Shown piece after piece: positions 21,259-30,137 of a stretch of 64,000 nt of DNA; the first letter of the stretch is position 1, and each line of letters starts with the position of its first letter. The position numbers and the translations under genes were made by a program. The stretch comes from Solirubrobacteraceae bacterium (GTDB lineage: Bacteria; Actinomycetota; Thermoleophilia; Solirubrobacterales; Solirubrobacteraceae), in the NCBI GenBank assembly GCA_036494115.1, contig DASXOS010000084.1:11232-75231 (forward strand), given 5' to 3'. The notes beneath the pieces were generated by a model. It was not told the DNA's origin. It did not search any database and worked only from the letters and a program-made list of their open reading frames with translations.

Positions 21259-22160
21259 CAGTACGTCCTGGTCGCGATGAAGTCGGTTATCTGCTCGAGC
21301 TGCTCCGCTCCGCCCGGCGCAGCCTGCGCGAGTGCTGCGCGGGCGCGCGCGTGCGACTCACGGGCCAGCTCGCGCGCCCCGTCGAGCCCGAACTCGGTGA
21401 CGTAGGTGCGCTTTCCCAGCCGTTCGTCGGTTCCCTGCGGCTTGCCGAGAGTCTCCTGTGATCCGGTGACGTCGAGGATGTCGTCAACGATCTGGAAGAG
21501 CACTCCGAGCTCGCTCGCAAAGGCGCGGAACTCGGTGATTGTGGCACGTCTTTCCGTGCCTCCGAGCAGCAGCACGCATTCGATGCTGGCGCCGATCAGA
21601 CGGCCGGTCTTGAGTTCATGCAGCCTCCGGAGGCCGTCGGCGTTGGGTGCGGCGGTCTCCGCCACGTCGAGATACTGCCCGCCGACCATGCCCTGGACCC
21701 CGGTTGCGGCCGCCAGCTCGGCCGCCGCAGCCAGGACGTCGGCCGGATGGCCGTGATACCGCGAGAGCAGCAGCTTGAACGCCTCGGCGTAGAGCCCGTC
21801 GCCGGCCAGGATCGCCACGTCCTCGCCGAACTGGCGGTGGCAGGTGGGGCGGCCGCGGCGCATGTCGTCGTCGTCCATCGCCGGCAGGTCGTCGTGAATC
21901 AGCGAGTAGGTGTGGATCAGCTCGAGCGCCGCGGCGAGCGGCATCACCGCCTCGGCGTCCAGGCCGATCGCATCGGCGGTGGCCAGCGCCAGGACCGGCC
22001 GGATGCGCTTGCCGCCCGCGAGCAGCGAGTAGCGCATGGCCTCCTCCAGGCCGGCTGAGGCCGGTTCCTCGGAGAAACGCAGGCCGTCGAGGTATCGCTC
22101 GATCTGCGCCCGGAGATGATCGGGATAGACGGACTTGGGACCGGCGGCCGAGGCGACCAC
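21258..22160 (-). CDS. ispA: Polyprenyl (FPP/GGPP) synthase
   Basis: GGKRIRP, SLIHDDLPAMDDDDMRRG, FQIVDDILD. Confidence 0.93.
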   Translation of the reverse strand: MVASAAGPKSVYPDHLRAQIERYLDGLRFSEEPASAGLEEAMRYSLLAGGKRIRPVLALATADAIGLDAEAVMPLAAALELIHTYSLIHDDLPAMDDDDMRRGRPTCHRQFGEDVAILAGDGLYAEAFKLLLSRYHGHPADVLAAAAELAAATGVQGMVGGQYLDVAETAAPNADGLRRLHELKTGRLIGASIECVLLLGGTERRATITEFRAFASELGVLFQIVDDILDVTGSQETLGKPQGTDERLGKRTYVTEFGLDGARELARESHARARAALAQAAPGGAEQLEQITDFIATRTY

Positions 22161-22372
22161 TAACCAGCCGGCAACGGGAGCTGTCCGGGAAGATCGGGGA
22201 GCGGTTCGAGCGCCGCCCGCGTCCGCTCGTCGACCCGTGCGCTCGCCTCGGAGGCCAACCGCGCGCAGTCTTCGATCAGCGCCACGGCCGCATCGGCGTC
22301 GAGCTCGCCGTCACGCAGCCGTTGTGCGGTCTCCTCGAGTCGAGCGCTCAGCTCGATCAGGGGATCAGTCAC
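22160..22372 (-). CDS. xseB: Exonuclease VII small subunit-like protein
   Basis: 70-aa helical hairpin (RLEETAQRLRDGELDADAAVALIEDCARL) in the usual position upstream of ispA. Confidence 0.6.
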   Translation of the reverse strand: MTDPLIELSARLEETAQRLRDGELDADAAVALIEDCARLASEASARVDERTRAALEPLPDLPGQLPLPAG

Positions 22373-22436
22373 GCCTGCAGGGTAGCGCGGCGAGGCCGCT
22401 GGGCGTGAGTCCGGCGGTGCACCGCATACCGGAGGG

Positions 22437-23573
22437 TCAATACCGCAGGAGTGCTGCAAATCCCTGGTGGGGTCCGAGATCGGGGTAGCGCTCGACTACG
22501 AGCACCTCTGCGTCCTGGAGCACGGCCGCCTCGATCGCCGCCTCGGCGAGGTCCTCGACGGGCTCGAGCGCCGTGCCATCCGCCGGGCACTCCCCATCGC
22601 TCTGGAGCGTGAGCATCCCGTCGCTCGGGCACCGCCCGCCGCGGCGCGCGGCGCGCCGCTCGAGCAGCAGGGTCTCGACGCGACGCTCGTTCAGGGCCCC
22701 GAGCGTCGCCTCCGGCCCGCCGGCGGCGCGCTCGCCCTGGCCGAGGCGCTCCGCGAGCAGGTCCAGCGCCTCGCGCTCGTGGCGGCGATTCTCCTCGTCG
22801 ACGAGCTCGGCCAGCGCGATGCGGATGTCGTCGTCGGTGGCGCTGCTCTCGTCAACGGCGAGCCGCGTGGCGACGAGCCGGGCCCGGAGGTCGTTGTGCA
22901 CGAGCTGCGCGAAGCGGTCGACGTCCTGCTCGGGTCCGCCCACCGCGAGGTGATCGAACCCCTCGCGCCGCCACAGCCTGTAGATCTCGTCGGCGATTCG
23001 CCGCAGGTGAGCCTCGGCGTCCTGATCGGCGCTGCGCTCGTAGTTCGACTGCGACCAGCCGCCCTTCTTGACCCGGCCGTGGACGTCGTCCGTGATGCGC
23101 TCGCGCTCCCGGAGGTTGGAAGGTGACCCGGTGAGCACCCGACCGCGGTCGCGGCTCACGAGCGCCGCGCACCAGCGCTCGGTCTGGACGGCCTGGACCA
23201 GCGGCTCGATGTAGGGGCCCCGTCCGATCACCACTCGGCCTTCGACCGGCTGGGGAAGCTGGACCACCTCGAACAGGTCGTCGAGCTTCGACGCGAATAC
23301 ACCGAGGCCGTGCGCGCCCTGGAACGGCGGCTCGTCGGAGAGCAGGTACTCGCGCACGCGCTCGAGATCCTCGCGCAGGGCGATCTTGTCCTCGTGGTCG
23401 AGCGATTCGTCGGCCTCGACGTCCGGCTTGGCCCCGTCGATCAGCGAGTGGACTTGCGTCTCACGCGCCGGCGGGGTCGCGAACTCCTCGGGATCGAGGT
23501 CGAGGTACAGGCTGACGACTGGGTGGCGCGAGCGCCGTTCCACGAGACGCCGCGCGAGGTCGGTGACGCTCAT
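22437..23573 (-). CDS. Bacterial eRF1/aRF1-like release-factor family protein (baeRF, Vms1-like)
   Basis: VVSLYLDLDP N-terminal domain, KKGGWSQSNYER loop, C-terminal pelota/eRF1-like domain ending ALLRY. Confidence 0.82.
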   Translation of the reverse strand: MSVTDLARRLVERRSRHPVVSLYLDLDPEEFATPPARETQVHSLIDGAKPDVEADESLDHEDKIALREDLERVREYLLSDEPPFQGAHGLGVFASKLDDLFEVVQLPQPVEGRVVIGRGPYIEPLVQAVQTERWCAALVSRDRGRVLTGSPSNLRERERITDDVHGRVKKGGWSQSNYERSADQDAEAHLRRIADEIYRLWRREGFDHLAVGGPEQDVDRFAQLVHNDLRARLVATRLAVDESSATDDDIRIALAELVDEENRRHEREALDLLAERLGQGERAAGGPEATLGALNERRVETLLLERRAARRGGRCPSDGMLTLQSDGECPADGTALEPVEDLAEAAIEAAVLQDAEVLVVERYPDLGPHQGFAALLRY

Positions 23574-23610
23574 CGGGGCTATATACCCACTCAGCTGAGC
23601 CCGTCTCGGC

Positions 23611-24039
23611 TCAGACCGTCCCGTCGAGCGCCGCGTTCACCAATGCGTCCGCCCGCGCGTTGTCGGCGCGCGGGACGTTGCGGATCTCCCAGGCGTCGAA
23701 CCCGCGCAGTGCGCTCATCGCCTGCTCGTAGAGGGGGCGCATCGCGGGGTGCTTGACCTTGTAGACCCCCTGCAGCTGACGGGCGACGAGCTCGGAGTCG
23801 TTAATCAGGGAGATCTCCCGGGCACCGAGCTCCGCGGCTCGCTGTAGGCCGCGCAGCAGGGCGCGGTACTCGGCCACGTTGTTGCTGGCGACCCCGATCG
23901 CCTCCGCGATCTCGTCGAGGACCTCTCCCCCGGGCTCCGAGAGCACGACGCCGATCGCCGCGGGCCCTGGATTGCCACGGGCGCCACCGTCGACGTGGAC
24001 GATCAGCCGTCCGGGCGCACCCGCCGGGGATGGCGTCAA
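23611..24039 (-). CDS. rnhA: Ribonuclease HI family protein
   Basis: VDGGARGNPGPA, NNVAEY, DSELV, N.RADALVNAALD. Confidence 0.9.
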   Translation of the reverse strand: MTPSPAGAPGRLIVHVDGGARGNPGPAAIGVVLSEPGGEVLDEIAEAIGVASNNVAEYRALLRGLQRAAELGAREISLINDSELVARQLQGVYKVKHPAMRPLYEQAMSALRGFDAWEIRNVPRADNARADALVNAALDGTV

Positions 24040-24248
24040 TCGCTTGCCAGCTCTGGAATCTCGCCGGGCACGCGGGGACGGCGGCGATCGCGGACTTCGC
24101 GCTTGCCTCCGCCAGAGGAGGCCTCACGGCGGTCGCCGCCCTTGCGCCGGTCGACGATCACCGTGACGTTCGGATCGTCGGCGTAGTACTCGGTCAGTTT
24201 GTCGAGCAGGTCTCCGGCCAGCGCCTCTGGGACGACGCAGTAGATCAC
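24036..24248 (-). CDS. Small hypothetical protein with DRR repeats
   Basis: 70-aa ORF; TAGCAT hexamer 7 nt before GTG; 4-bp overlap with rnhA. Confidence 0.7.
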   Translation of the reverse strand: MIYCVVPEALAGDLLDKLTEYYADDPNVTVIVDRRKGGDRREASSGGGKREVRDRRRPRVPGEIPELASD

Positions 24249-24327
24249 GAGCGAGATGCTATTGAACCGCTCCGACTGGGCACAGTCGGATTTTCGTCCA
24301 GAATCCGGTTTGCTGAACGCACGAGCG

Positions 24328-25053
24328 TCACTGACCCAGCGACAGGGTGCCGCGATCGTCCGCCACGGCGTTGGGCGAGCGCTCCCCGGCCTCGAGCTCG
24401 TCGAGCTCGTAACCCTGGCCGGCGACCCTCACCGTGGGGTCGTCGTCGGACAGGTCGACCTCGTACCGGTACCAGCACAGCTCCCACGAGACCACCAGGT
24501 TCACCTGGCTCGGGCGCACCGTCGACGGGCTCACGGCGACCGTGGGAAGCCCCAGGGACCGGGCTACGCCGGAGACCGTGCGGGTGTGCTCGGAGGCGTT
24601 GAACAGCTCGATCGCCTCGACCGTCTTCTGCTCCACGCTCGTCGGGACCGCCCGCACGTGCCGCGGCTCGCGGGGCCGGTCGCGGCGGCGGGCCGCGCCA
24701 GGCGCGGGAGCCGGGGAATCGGCCGCCGGGGCCGGCGCCACGGCCGGGGCCTCGTCGTCGAAGTAGCTCTCGCGGCCGTTGCCGCCGTCGCTCCCTCCCG
24801 CCTCGCGGCGCGCGCGCAGGCGGCTCAACAGCGAGCGGCGCCGTTCGGAGCGCGAGTGCCCCTGATCGTAGGAGGGCATCGTGCCCTCGCGGATCCAGCC
24901 CTCGTGCAGGGCGCGCGATTTGCAGAGCTCACAGACCCAGCGGCGAGCGTCCCCATGCAGGTACGCCTCGGCGCGCTCGCCTCGCAGCAGCGTGCGTCCA
25001 CAGACGTCGCAGATCGTGTGGGCCGTCGAGGGACGAATGTCGCGGGTGGCCAC
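24328..25053 (-). CDS. Hypothetical protein with N-terminal C4 Zn ribbon
   Basis: CDVCG...CELC, low-complexity linker, C-terminal WELCWYRYEVDL domain; TACGCT hexamer 6 nt before GTG. Confidence 0.72.
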   Translation of the reverse strand: MATRDIRPSTAHTICDVCGRTLLRGERAEAYLHGDARRWVCELCKSRALHEGWIREGTMPSYDQGHSRSERRRSLLSRLRARREAGGSDGGNGRESYFDDEAPAVAPAPAADSPAPAPGAARRRDRPREPRHVRAVPTSVEQKTVEAIELFNASEHTRTVSGVARSLGLPTVAVSPSTVRPSQVNLVVSWELCWYRYEVDLSDDDPTVRVAGQGYELDELEAGERSPNAVADDRGTLSLGQ

Positions 25054-25108
25054 CGTTCGAGCGTACCAGCGACGCCGGGTTTTTCCTGCATATGGATGCC
25101 CGCGGCGT

Positions 25109-25159
25109 GGACGTGATGCGTTCAGTGATGCTTATTCCATGCGAATACGCATCACGTCC
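25109..25159. repeat. Palindrome / hairpin (terminator or REP-like)
   Basis: Perfect 13-bp inverted repeat GGACGTGATGCGT...ACGCATCACGTCC with an AT-rich loop, just downstream of the EF-G paralog. Confidence 0.65.
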
Positions 25160-25169
25160 GTCGGGGACG

Positions 25170-27245
25170 CTAGGCCTTGACGGCTTCCTTCTCGGCGCGG
25201 GCCTCGTCGACGATCTTGGCCGAGAGGTGGCCGGGGACCTCCTCGTAGCGGAGGAACTCCATCGTGAACTCGCCCTGGCCGCCGGTGATCGAGCGCAGAT
25301 CGGGCGCGTAGGAGAGCATCTCCGCCATCGGGACCTCGGCCTTGACCTCGGTCATGCCGGCGCCAGCGGGCTCCATGCCGAGGGGACGGCCCCGGCGGGA
25401 GTTGAGATCGCCGATCACGTCGCCGACCGCGTCCTCGGGGACGTTGACGGTGACGAGCATGTGCGGCTCGAGCAGCACCGGGCTGGCCCCGGCGAGCGCC
25501 TCCCGCATCGCCATCGAGCCGGCCACCTTGAACGCCATCTCCGAGGAGTCGACCGTGTGGTAGGAGCCGTCGTAGAGCCGGACGCGCACGCCCTTGACCG
25601 GGTAGCCCGCGACGACGCCCTCGGACATCGCCTCGACCACGCCCTTCTCGACCGCGGGGATGAACCCCGTGGGGATCACCCCGCCCTTGATCGCGTTCAC
25701 GAACTCGAAGCCCTCGCCGTCGGCGAGCGGCTCGATCTCGATGTGACAGTCGCCGAACTGGCCGCGCCCGCCGGTCTGCTTCTTGTGCCGGCCGTGGGCC
25801 TTGGCCGGCTTGCGGATGGTCTCCTGGTAGGGGACGCGGGGCGGCTTCAGGTTGACCTCGGCTCCGAACCGGTCCTTCAGGCGCGAGACGATGACCTCGA
25901 CGTGGACCTGGGAGAGGCCGGCCACGATCTGCTCGCCCGTCTGCGGGTCGCGGTGCAGGTCGATCGTCGGATCCTCCTCCTGGAGCCGGCGCAGGGCGGT
26001 GAACACCTTGTCCTCGTCGCCCTTGCTCTTGGGCTCGACCGCGAACGCCATCACCGGTGCGGGCAGCTTGATGCTCGGCATCGTGATCGGCTCATCGCGG
26101 GAGGCCAGCCAGTCGCCGGCCTTGGTCTCCTTGAGCTTCGCCACCGCGCCGATGTCGCCGGGTCCGAACTCGGTGGCGTGGCCGGTCTGGCTCCCCTCGA
26201 AGGTGACGAGCTGGCCAATCCGCTCCTTCGAGTGGGTGCGGGTGTTCAGCACCTGCGAGTCGTGCGTGATCGTGCCCTGGTAGACGCGGAACATGTTGAT
26301 CCGGCCGGCGAACGGGTCGGCCCGGGTCTTGAACACGTAGGCGAACATCTCCTTGTCCTCGGCCGGCTCGAGCGTCACCTCGCCGACCTCAAAGCTGCCG
26401 TGCTTGACCGGCGACGGAAGGTCCTCGACGATCGCGTCGAGCAGCCGGTTGGTGGCGAGGTTGCGGGTGGCGATCCCGCAGGTCACGGGGAAGATGGCGC
26501 CGTGATTGGTCCCGTCCTTGAGCGCGGTGACGATCTCGGCATGCGAGATCTCCTCGCCCTCGAGGTAGCGCTCCATGAGCGCGTCCGAGGACTCCGAGAC
26601 CTCGTCCATCAGCTTCTCCCGGTACTCCTGGGCGAGGTCCTGGGCACCGTCGGGGATCGGGATCTCGGCGCAGTTCTCGCGGCCGTCGCCGTCATATTCG
26701 TAGGCCGTCATGTCGACGAGGTCGATCACGCCCGAGACCTCGTGCTCGGTGCCGATCGGGATCTCGGTGGCGACGACGTGCTGGCCGAAGGTGGCCTTCA
26801 GCGAGTCGAGCGTGCGGAAGAAGTCGGCGCGCTCGCGATCGAGCATGTTGACGAACACCAGGCGGGCGATGTCGAGCTCGTCGGCGCGCTGCCACAGCCG
26901 GGTGGTGTGGACCTCGACGCCCATCACCGCGTTGACGACGAACACGGCGGACTCGCAGACGCGGAGCGCGCCGAGTGCATCCGCGATGAAGCTGGAGTCC
27001 CCCGGGGTGTCGATCAGGTTGACCTTGCGGTCCTGCCACTCGAACGAGGCGAGTGCGGCCGAGATCGACATCTGGCGCGACTTCTCGTCCGGATCGGCGT
27101 CGGACATCGTCGTCCCCTCGACGACGCTTCCCAGTCGATTGACCGCCCCGGCCTCGAACAGCAGCGCCTCGTGCAGCGAGGTCTTGCCACTTCCCCGGTG
27201 GCCGACCAGCGCTACGTTGCGAATGCGGTCCGCAGCCTTGTGCAT
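25170..27245 (-). CDS. Elongation factor G paralog (EF-G2-like)
   Basis: Full EF-G domain set with divergent GHRGSGKT, RQMSI and NMLD motifs; not in the str operon. Confidence 0.9.
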   Translation of the reverse strand: MHKAADRIRNVALVGHRGSGKTSLHEALLFEAGAVNRLGSVVEGTTMSDADPDEKSRQMSISAALASFEWQDRKVNLIDTPGDSSFIADALGALRVCESAVFVVNAVMGVEVHTTRLWQRADELDIARLVFVNMLDRERADFFRTLDSLKATFGQHVVATEIPIGTEHEVSGVIDLVDMTAYEYDGDGRENCAEIPIPDGAQDLAQEYREKLMDEVSESSDALMERYLEGEEISHAEIVTALKDGTNHGAIFPVTCGIATRNLATNRLLDAIVEDLPSPVKHGSFEVGEVTLEPAEDKEMFAYVFKTRADPFAGRINMFRVYQGTITHDSQVLNTRTHSKERIGQLVTFEGSQTGHATEFGPGDIGAVAKLKETKAGDWLASRDEPITMPSIKLPAPVMAFAVEPKSKGDEDKVFTALRRLQEEDPTIDLHRDPQTGEQIVAGLSQVHVEVIVSRLKDRFGAEVNLKPPRVPYQETIRKPAKAHGRHKKQTGGRGQFGDCHIEIEPLADGEGFEFVNAIKGGVIPTGFIPAVEKGVVEAMSEGVVAGYPVKGVRVRLYDGSYHTVDSSEMAFKVAGSMAMREALAGASPVLLEPHMLVTVNVPEDAVGDVIGDLNSRRGRPLGMEPAGAGMTEVKAEVPMAEMLSYAPDLRSITGGQGEFTMEFLRYEEVPGHLSAKIVDEARAEKEAVKA

Positions 27246-27376
27246 GCCTTTGCTCCTCTCCTGGTGTCCGGAGAAGCGACGATACCGGGCCTCGCTGCGC
27301 TCGGCATCCGTGGGGCCTGAAGGCCCCGTCCGGACGGGGTCGCACGGCCCCAGGGACGCCGCCGGAGGCGGCCCCC

Positions 27377-29956
27377 TCACCGCGGGCTCAGCACCGCCCG
27401 GCCGAGCTGGCAGGCCCGCGCGACGCGCAGGCCGGGGGCGACGGCGCGCCCGCGGTCACGGGCCGCCTGCGCGCGGTCGCCTCCCAAGCGCTGGAGGGCC
27501 GCCTGCACGGGCTCGTCCCCCAGCGTGTGCAGCCCCAAGGTGCCGGCGTCGCCACCGAGCTCGACCGACAGGGCCTCCGCCAGGCCGAGCACCTCGATCG
27601 TGTCCTCGTCACGCTCGAGGGCGCCCAGAGCATTCGCCATTCCGCGCAGGTCGAACAGCACCTGAAAGACATCGCCGCGGGCCGCAGCGCCCTCCAGCGA
27701 CCGCGCGTACGGCTCGACCGCGTCCTCTGGCCGTCCCCGAGCCATCGCGAGGTCCGCCTCCTGGGTATCGAGGTAGCGCATCATGCTCGCGTCGGCGGCG
27801 AGACCGACCCGCGCGGCCTCCTCGAGCCGCTCGGCCGCCTCGCCCAGCCGGCCGGCCATGATCAGGGTCTGGACGAGCATCATCAGTGCGCCGGCGACGT
27901 TCGCGGGACCCTGCTCGCCAGCCCACTCCACCGCGCTCCGGTTGTCGCGCACCGCCTCGTCGATCCTGCGCGCAGCCGCGTAGGCACCAGCGCGCGCCAT
28001 CACGGCCTCGACGCGGGTGCTACGCGTGTCCGCGAGCTCAACCGCCTCCTCGCTGTAGGCGATCGCATCGTCGACTTGATTGGTCACCACCGAGAGCAAA
28101 GTCGCCGCGCTCAGCGCCTCGACGCGGGTTTTCCGATCGGCAGGTGGATCGGAGAGGAGGGGCGCGAGCAGATTTTGAGCGTCACGCAGCCGGCCCAGGT
28201 TCCCGAGATGCATTGCGCGACGAGCGGCCAGCGCTTGCGCCAGAGCTGAATCATGGCGGGCGGCCCAGCTCAGGGCCCGCGCCGCTTCGACGTCGGCGGC
28301 GGCCGTCGCGCGGTCGGTCTGGTTGGTGGTCCCCTCGAGGCCGACGCTCATCAGTTCTCCCTGCCGTTCGGCATGCGCCCGCCGCCATCGCTCGGCATCC
28401 GGCGCCTCGTCGAGGCGTGCCGCCGCGAGCTGGCGCAAGGCCTCCGGGAGGCCGAACCGGATCCGGCCGTCGCCCGACTCGACCCGGCGCACGAGCGCGA
28501 CGTCGCGGAGCACAGACAGCGCTTCGAGCACGTCGAGCCCGTCGCCGCCGGCGATCAGCTCGATCTCCTGGAGCTCGACGGGCGCGGCGAACACTCCCAG
28601 GCGCGTGAACAGGCGGCGCGGTTCGTCGTCGAGCAGCCCGAGCGTCCAGTCGACAGTCGCCTGCAGCGACCGCTGCCGCTCCGGCCGCGAGCTGCTTGCG
28701 TCCTTCAGCAGCTCGAGCGAGGAGGCGAGGCGGTCGCGCAGCTGGGCCGGGCTCAGCAACGCCAGGCGCGCGGCCGCCAACTCCAGCGCCAGGGGGAGGC
28801 CATCGAGCAGTCGCACGATCTCGATCAGGGGCTCCCGGTCCCTCGCACCCGCAGCCGGCCGCGCTCCCCGTCGCCGCGCCACCCGCTCGATCAGCGCCAG
28901 GGCGGGCTCGTCGTCGAGCGCATCGAGCGCGAGGATGAACTCGTTCGCCGAGCGCAGCGGCACCTGCGTCGTGACCAGCACGCGCAGCTCCGGGAGCGCG
29001 GCGAGAAGGTGCTCCAGGTCCGCGCCGGCCGCGGTCAGCTGTTCCATGTTGTCGAGGATGAGCAGCGTCGGACCGATCCCGGCGAGGCGTCCGGTCACCG
29101 CCTCGAGCGTGCCGGCCCGCACCTCACGGTCTGCCCCGACCGCCGTCGCCACGGCGTCGATCACCGCCGAGGGATCGGTCACCGCGGTGAGGTCGACCCA
29201 CCACACGCCGCCCGGATGCTCGTCGAGCAGACCAGCGCCGGCGACGAGCGCCAGGCTCGTCTTGCCCGACCCGCCACGGCCGGTGAGGCTGATCATCCGC
29301 TCACCCTCGTTCAGGACGCTCTCCCGTATCTGCCCGAGCTCGTGGTCGCGGCCGACCAGCGTGGGCAGCCCCGCTGGCAGGTTCGTGGGCCGAGCGTCGT
29401 GCGTGCGCGGCGGGGGAAATGCGCCGGCGCCCCGGCCATCGATAACCGCGCAGTAGAGCTGCACGGGCGCCGGGAAGTCCTTGAGCCGGTGGGCGCCCAG
29501 GAACTCGAGCGTGAGCGCCTCGCCCACCACCTCGCGGGCGGCGGCGGTCAGGAGCAGCTGGCCCCCGTGAGCCGCAGCGCACACCCGCGCGGCCCGGTGG
29601 ACCTCGAGCCCCACATAGCCCGTGTCGCGACGCTCGACGTAGCCGACGTGCAGGCCCATGCGCACCCTGAGCGACCCCACGTCGCCGGGCCACGGGTGGG
29701 CGGCGAGCGCCCGCTGGGCATCGATCGCGGCACTCGCGGCAGCCCGCGGATCCGCGAACGTGGCGAAGAAGGCATCGCCCTCGGTCCCCTCGACCCACCC
29801 GCCGGCGCGTTCGATCGCGCCGCCGACGATCCTGTGGTGGGAGGCCAGCACCTCGCCCCACCCCGGACCGAGGCGCACCGCGAACGCCGTGGAGCCCTCG
29901 ACGTCCGTGAACAGCATCGCGATCGTGCCCGCAGGCGGCGCCGTGGCCGCAGTCAT
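27377..29956 (-). CDS. Class III adenylate/guanylate cyclase + STAND (NB-ARC-like) ATPase + TPR-like protein
   Basis: FTDVEGST, GDAFF, VRMGLH; Walker A GRGGSGKT, Walker B LLILDNME, LDGLPLALELAAAR; helical repeats at the C-terminus. Confidence 0.88.
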   Translation of the reverse strand: MTAATAPPAGTIAMLFTDVEGSTAFAVRLGPGWGEVLASHHRIVGGAIERAGGWVEGTEGDAFFATFADPRAAASAAIDAQRALAAHPWPGDVGSLRVRMGLHVGYVERRDTGYVGLEVHRAARVCAAAHGGQLLLTAAAREVVGEALTLEFLGAHRLKDFPAPVQLYCAVIDGRGAGAFPPPRTHDARPTNLPAGLPTLVGRDHELGQIRESVLNEGERMISLTGRGGSGKTSLALVAGAGLLDEHPGGVWWVDLTAVTDPSAVIDAVATAVGADREVRAGTLEAVTGRLAGIGPTLLILDNMEQLTAAGADLEHLLAALPELRVLVTTQVPLRSANEFILALDALDDEPALALIERVARRRGARPAAGARDREPLIEIVRLLDGLPLALELAAARLALLSPAQLRDRLASSLELLKDASSSRPERQRSLQATVDWTLGLLDDEPRRLFTRLGVFAAPVELQEIELIAGGDGLDVLEALSVLRDVALVRRVESGDGRIRFGLPEALRQLAAARLDEAPDAERWRRAHAERQGELMSVGLEGTTNQTDRATAAADVEAARALSWAARHDSALAQALAARRAMHLGNLGRLRDAQNLLAPLLSDPPADRKTRVEALSAATLLSVVTNQVDDAIAYSEEAVELADTRSTRVEAVMARAGAYAAARRIDEAVRDNRSAVEWAGEQGPANVAGALMMLVQTLIMAGRLGEAAERLEEAARVGLAADASMMRYLDTQEADLAMARGRPEDAVEPYARSLEGAAARGDVFQVLFDLRGMANALGALERDEDTIEVLGLAEALSVELGGDAGTLGLHTLGDEPVQAALQRLGGDRAQAARDRGRAVAPGLRVARACQLGRAVLSPR

Positions 29957-29976
29957 TGGCGGGGAGACTAGTGTGA

Positions 29977-30137
29977 GTGCCCTGAGTCGTAAATTCGATG
30001 GCAGCCTCGCGGCGTCTGGACGCCCCTGACGCGCGGCGATGATCCCGCCGTACCACTAGTACGTCTTAGATCATCGCCGCACGTCAGACACGCCCAGCCA
30101 CTCGCGACGCTGCTCACGAATTTCCGCCTCACGACAC
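29977..30137. mobile_element. 161-bp fold-back MITE with IS630-like ends
   Basis: Terminal IRs GTGCCCTGAGTCGTAAATTCG / GTGTCGTGAGGCGGAAATTCG (17/21), inner 18/19 IR, right end followed by TA (GA on the left). Confidence 0.65.

Noticed and set aside
19330-21405. Long antisense ORFs (e.g. 19330-21405, 25092-27320, 28253-29971, 37438-39513, 48099-49871)
   Set aside because: Shadow ORFs opposite well-supported genes, caused by stop-codon scarcity at high GC; no protein motifs
27246-27376. Cluster of short GC hairpins upstream of the EF-G paralog
   Set aside because: Short GC-only stems are expected by chance at this composition; no recognisable RNA family
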